DNA of 64,000 bases from Octopus sinensis (taxonomy: Eukaryota), in contig NC_043000.1 of assembly GCF_006345805.1 (NCBI RefSeq), forward strand, positions 39,618,001 to 39,682,000, given 5' to 3'. The notes below the pieces were generated by a model that had not been told where the DNA came from, searched no databases, and was given only the letters and a program-made list of their open reading frames with translations. Positions 63,437 through 64,000 of this stretch are shown in pieces (positions within the stretch are counted from its first letter, which is position 1; every line of letters starts with the position of its first letter). Both the position numbers and the translations under genes were made by a program.

Positions 63437-64000
63437 ATATAGATTCAGATGAATATGGTACTTAAGTTGAAGATACTAGAATTTATTATGGTATTATCCA
63501 TGCAATTTGAAATAAGGTGATTATAATCAAAATAAGCAACAATGATATCCAGAGGTAATGTAGTACGATCGTTTCATGCGACTCCATTTAATTGAACATT
63601 GCAAACATTACATCAATTTAAAATGTAGAGCAATCTTTAGCTGCGCAAAAATATAGAATTTAATTAAATTCGAAGGACACATTAGTATAAATTTATCCAA
63701 AATCACCAAGAGGATAAGGAGATAGACAAAGAACATGTTTCACCAACAACATCACAGTTGTAATTGAAATTTTTCAAAAAAAGACACTGCTTTTCACTGA
63801 TTATTTCTGTTATTTAGATTTAGCTATGCGGGTAAGTTCAGTTTTAATTTTGTATGCTAGTACTTCAAATCTGAGAGAAGAAAGAGTGTAGTATCATTTC
63901 GGGGTAGAGCAATATAGATAGACAATTTAAGTGGCACGATAATATCTATAAAAGACTGATGTTTAATGTCGGCTAAAGAAATAATTAAATTATGGAACAA

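Noticed and set aside
63557-63600. Hammerhead-like GAAAC-GATC-GUA on the minus strand
   Set aside because: The position of the CUGANGA core reads CAAUUAA; core not satisfied.

Overview
AT-rich, microsatellite-laden eukaryotic DNA that looks like coleoid cephalopod, probably Octopus. This is inferred from the [21 protein letters not shown]-type C2H2 arrays, tRNA-headed SINEs and heavy (TA)/(CA)/(GA) load. No prokaryotic features (CRISPR, operons, rRNA) are present. Most of the window is transposon debris: three mariners, three maT/DD37D fragments, RTE, CR1, HERO-like, Tx1, two R4/Dong LINEs, several Penelope-like elements, two Gypsy remnants, Helitrons, MITEs and SINEs. Host-like coding sequence is limited to two decayed C2H2 zinc-finger genes, the last two spliced exons of an apparently intact short-chain-collagen-C4-like gene (50054-49060, minus), and an orphan ORF family present in three copies. 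The most notable observations are three type-I hammerhead ribozyme motifs. One has a canonical core inside a 465-bp unit with a 95-bp terminal redundancy, a retrozyme-like layout. Two are Penelope-associated and carry the compensatory U3-A8 core variant. The window also shows repeated fold-back (inverted) duplications, including a ~5-kb palindrome. All translations and alignments were done by eye, so most boundaries are approximate.
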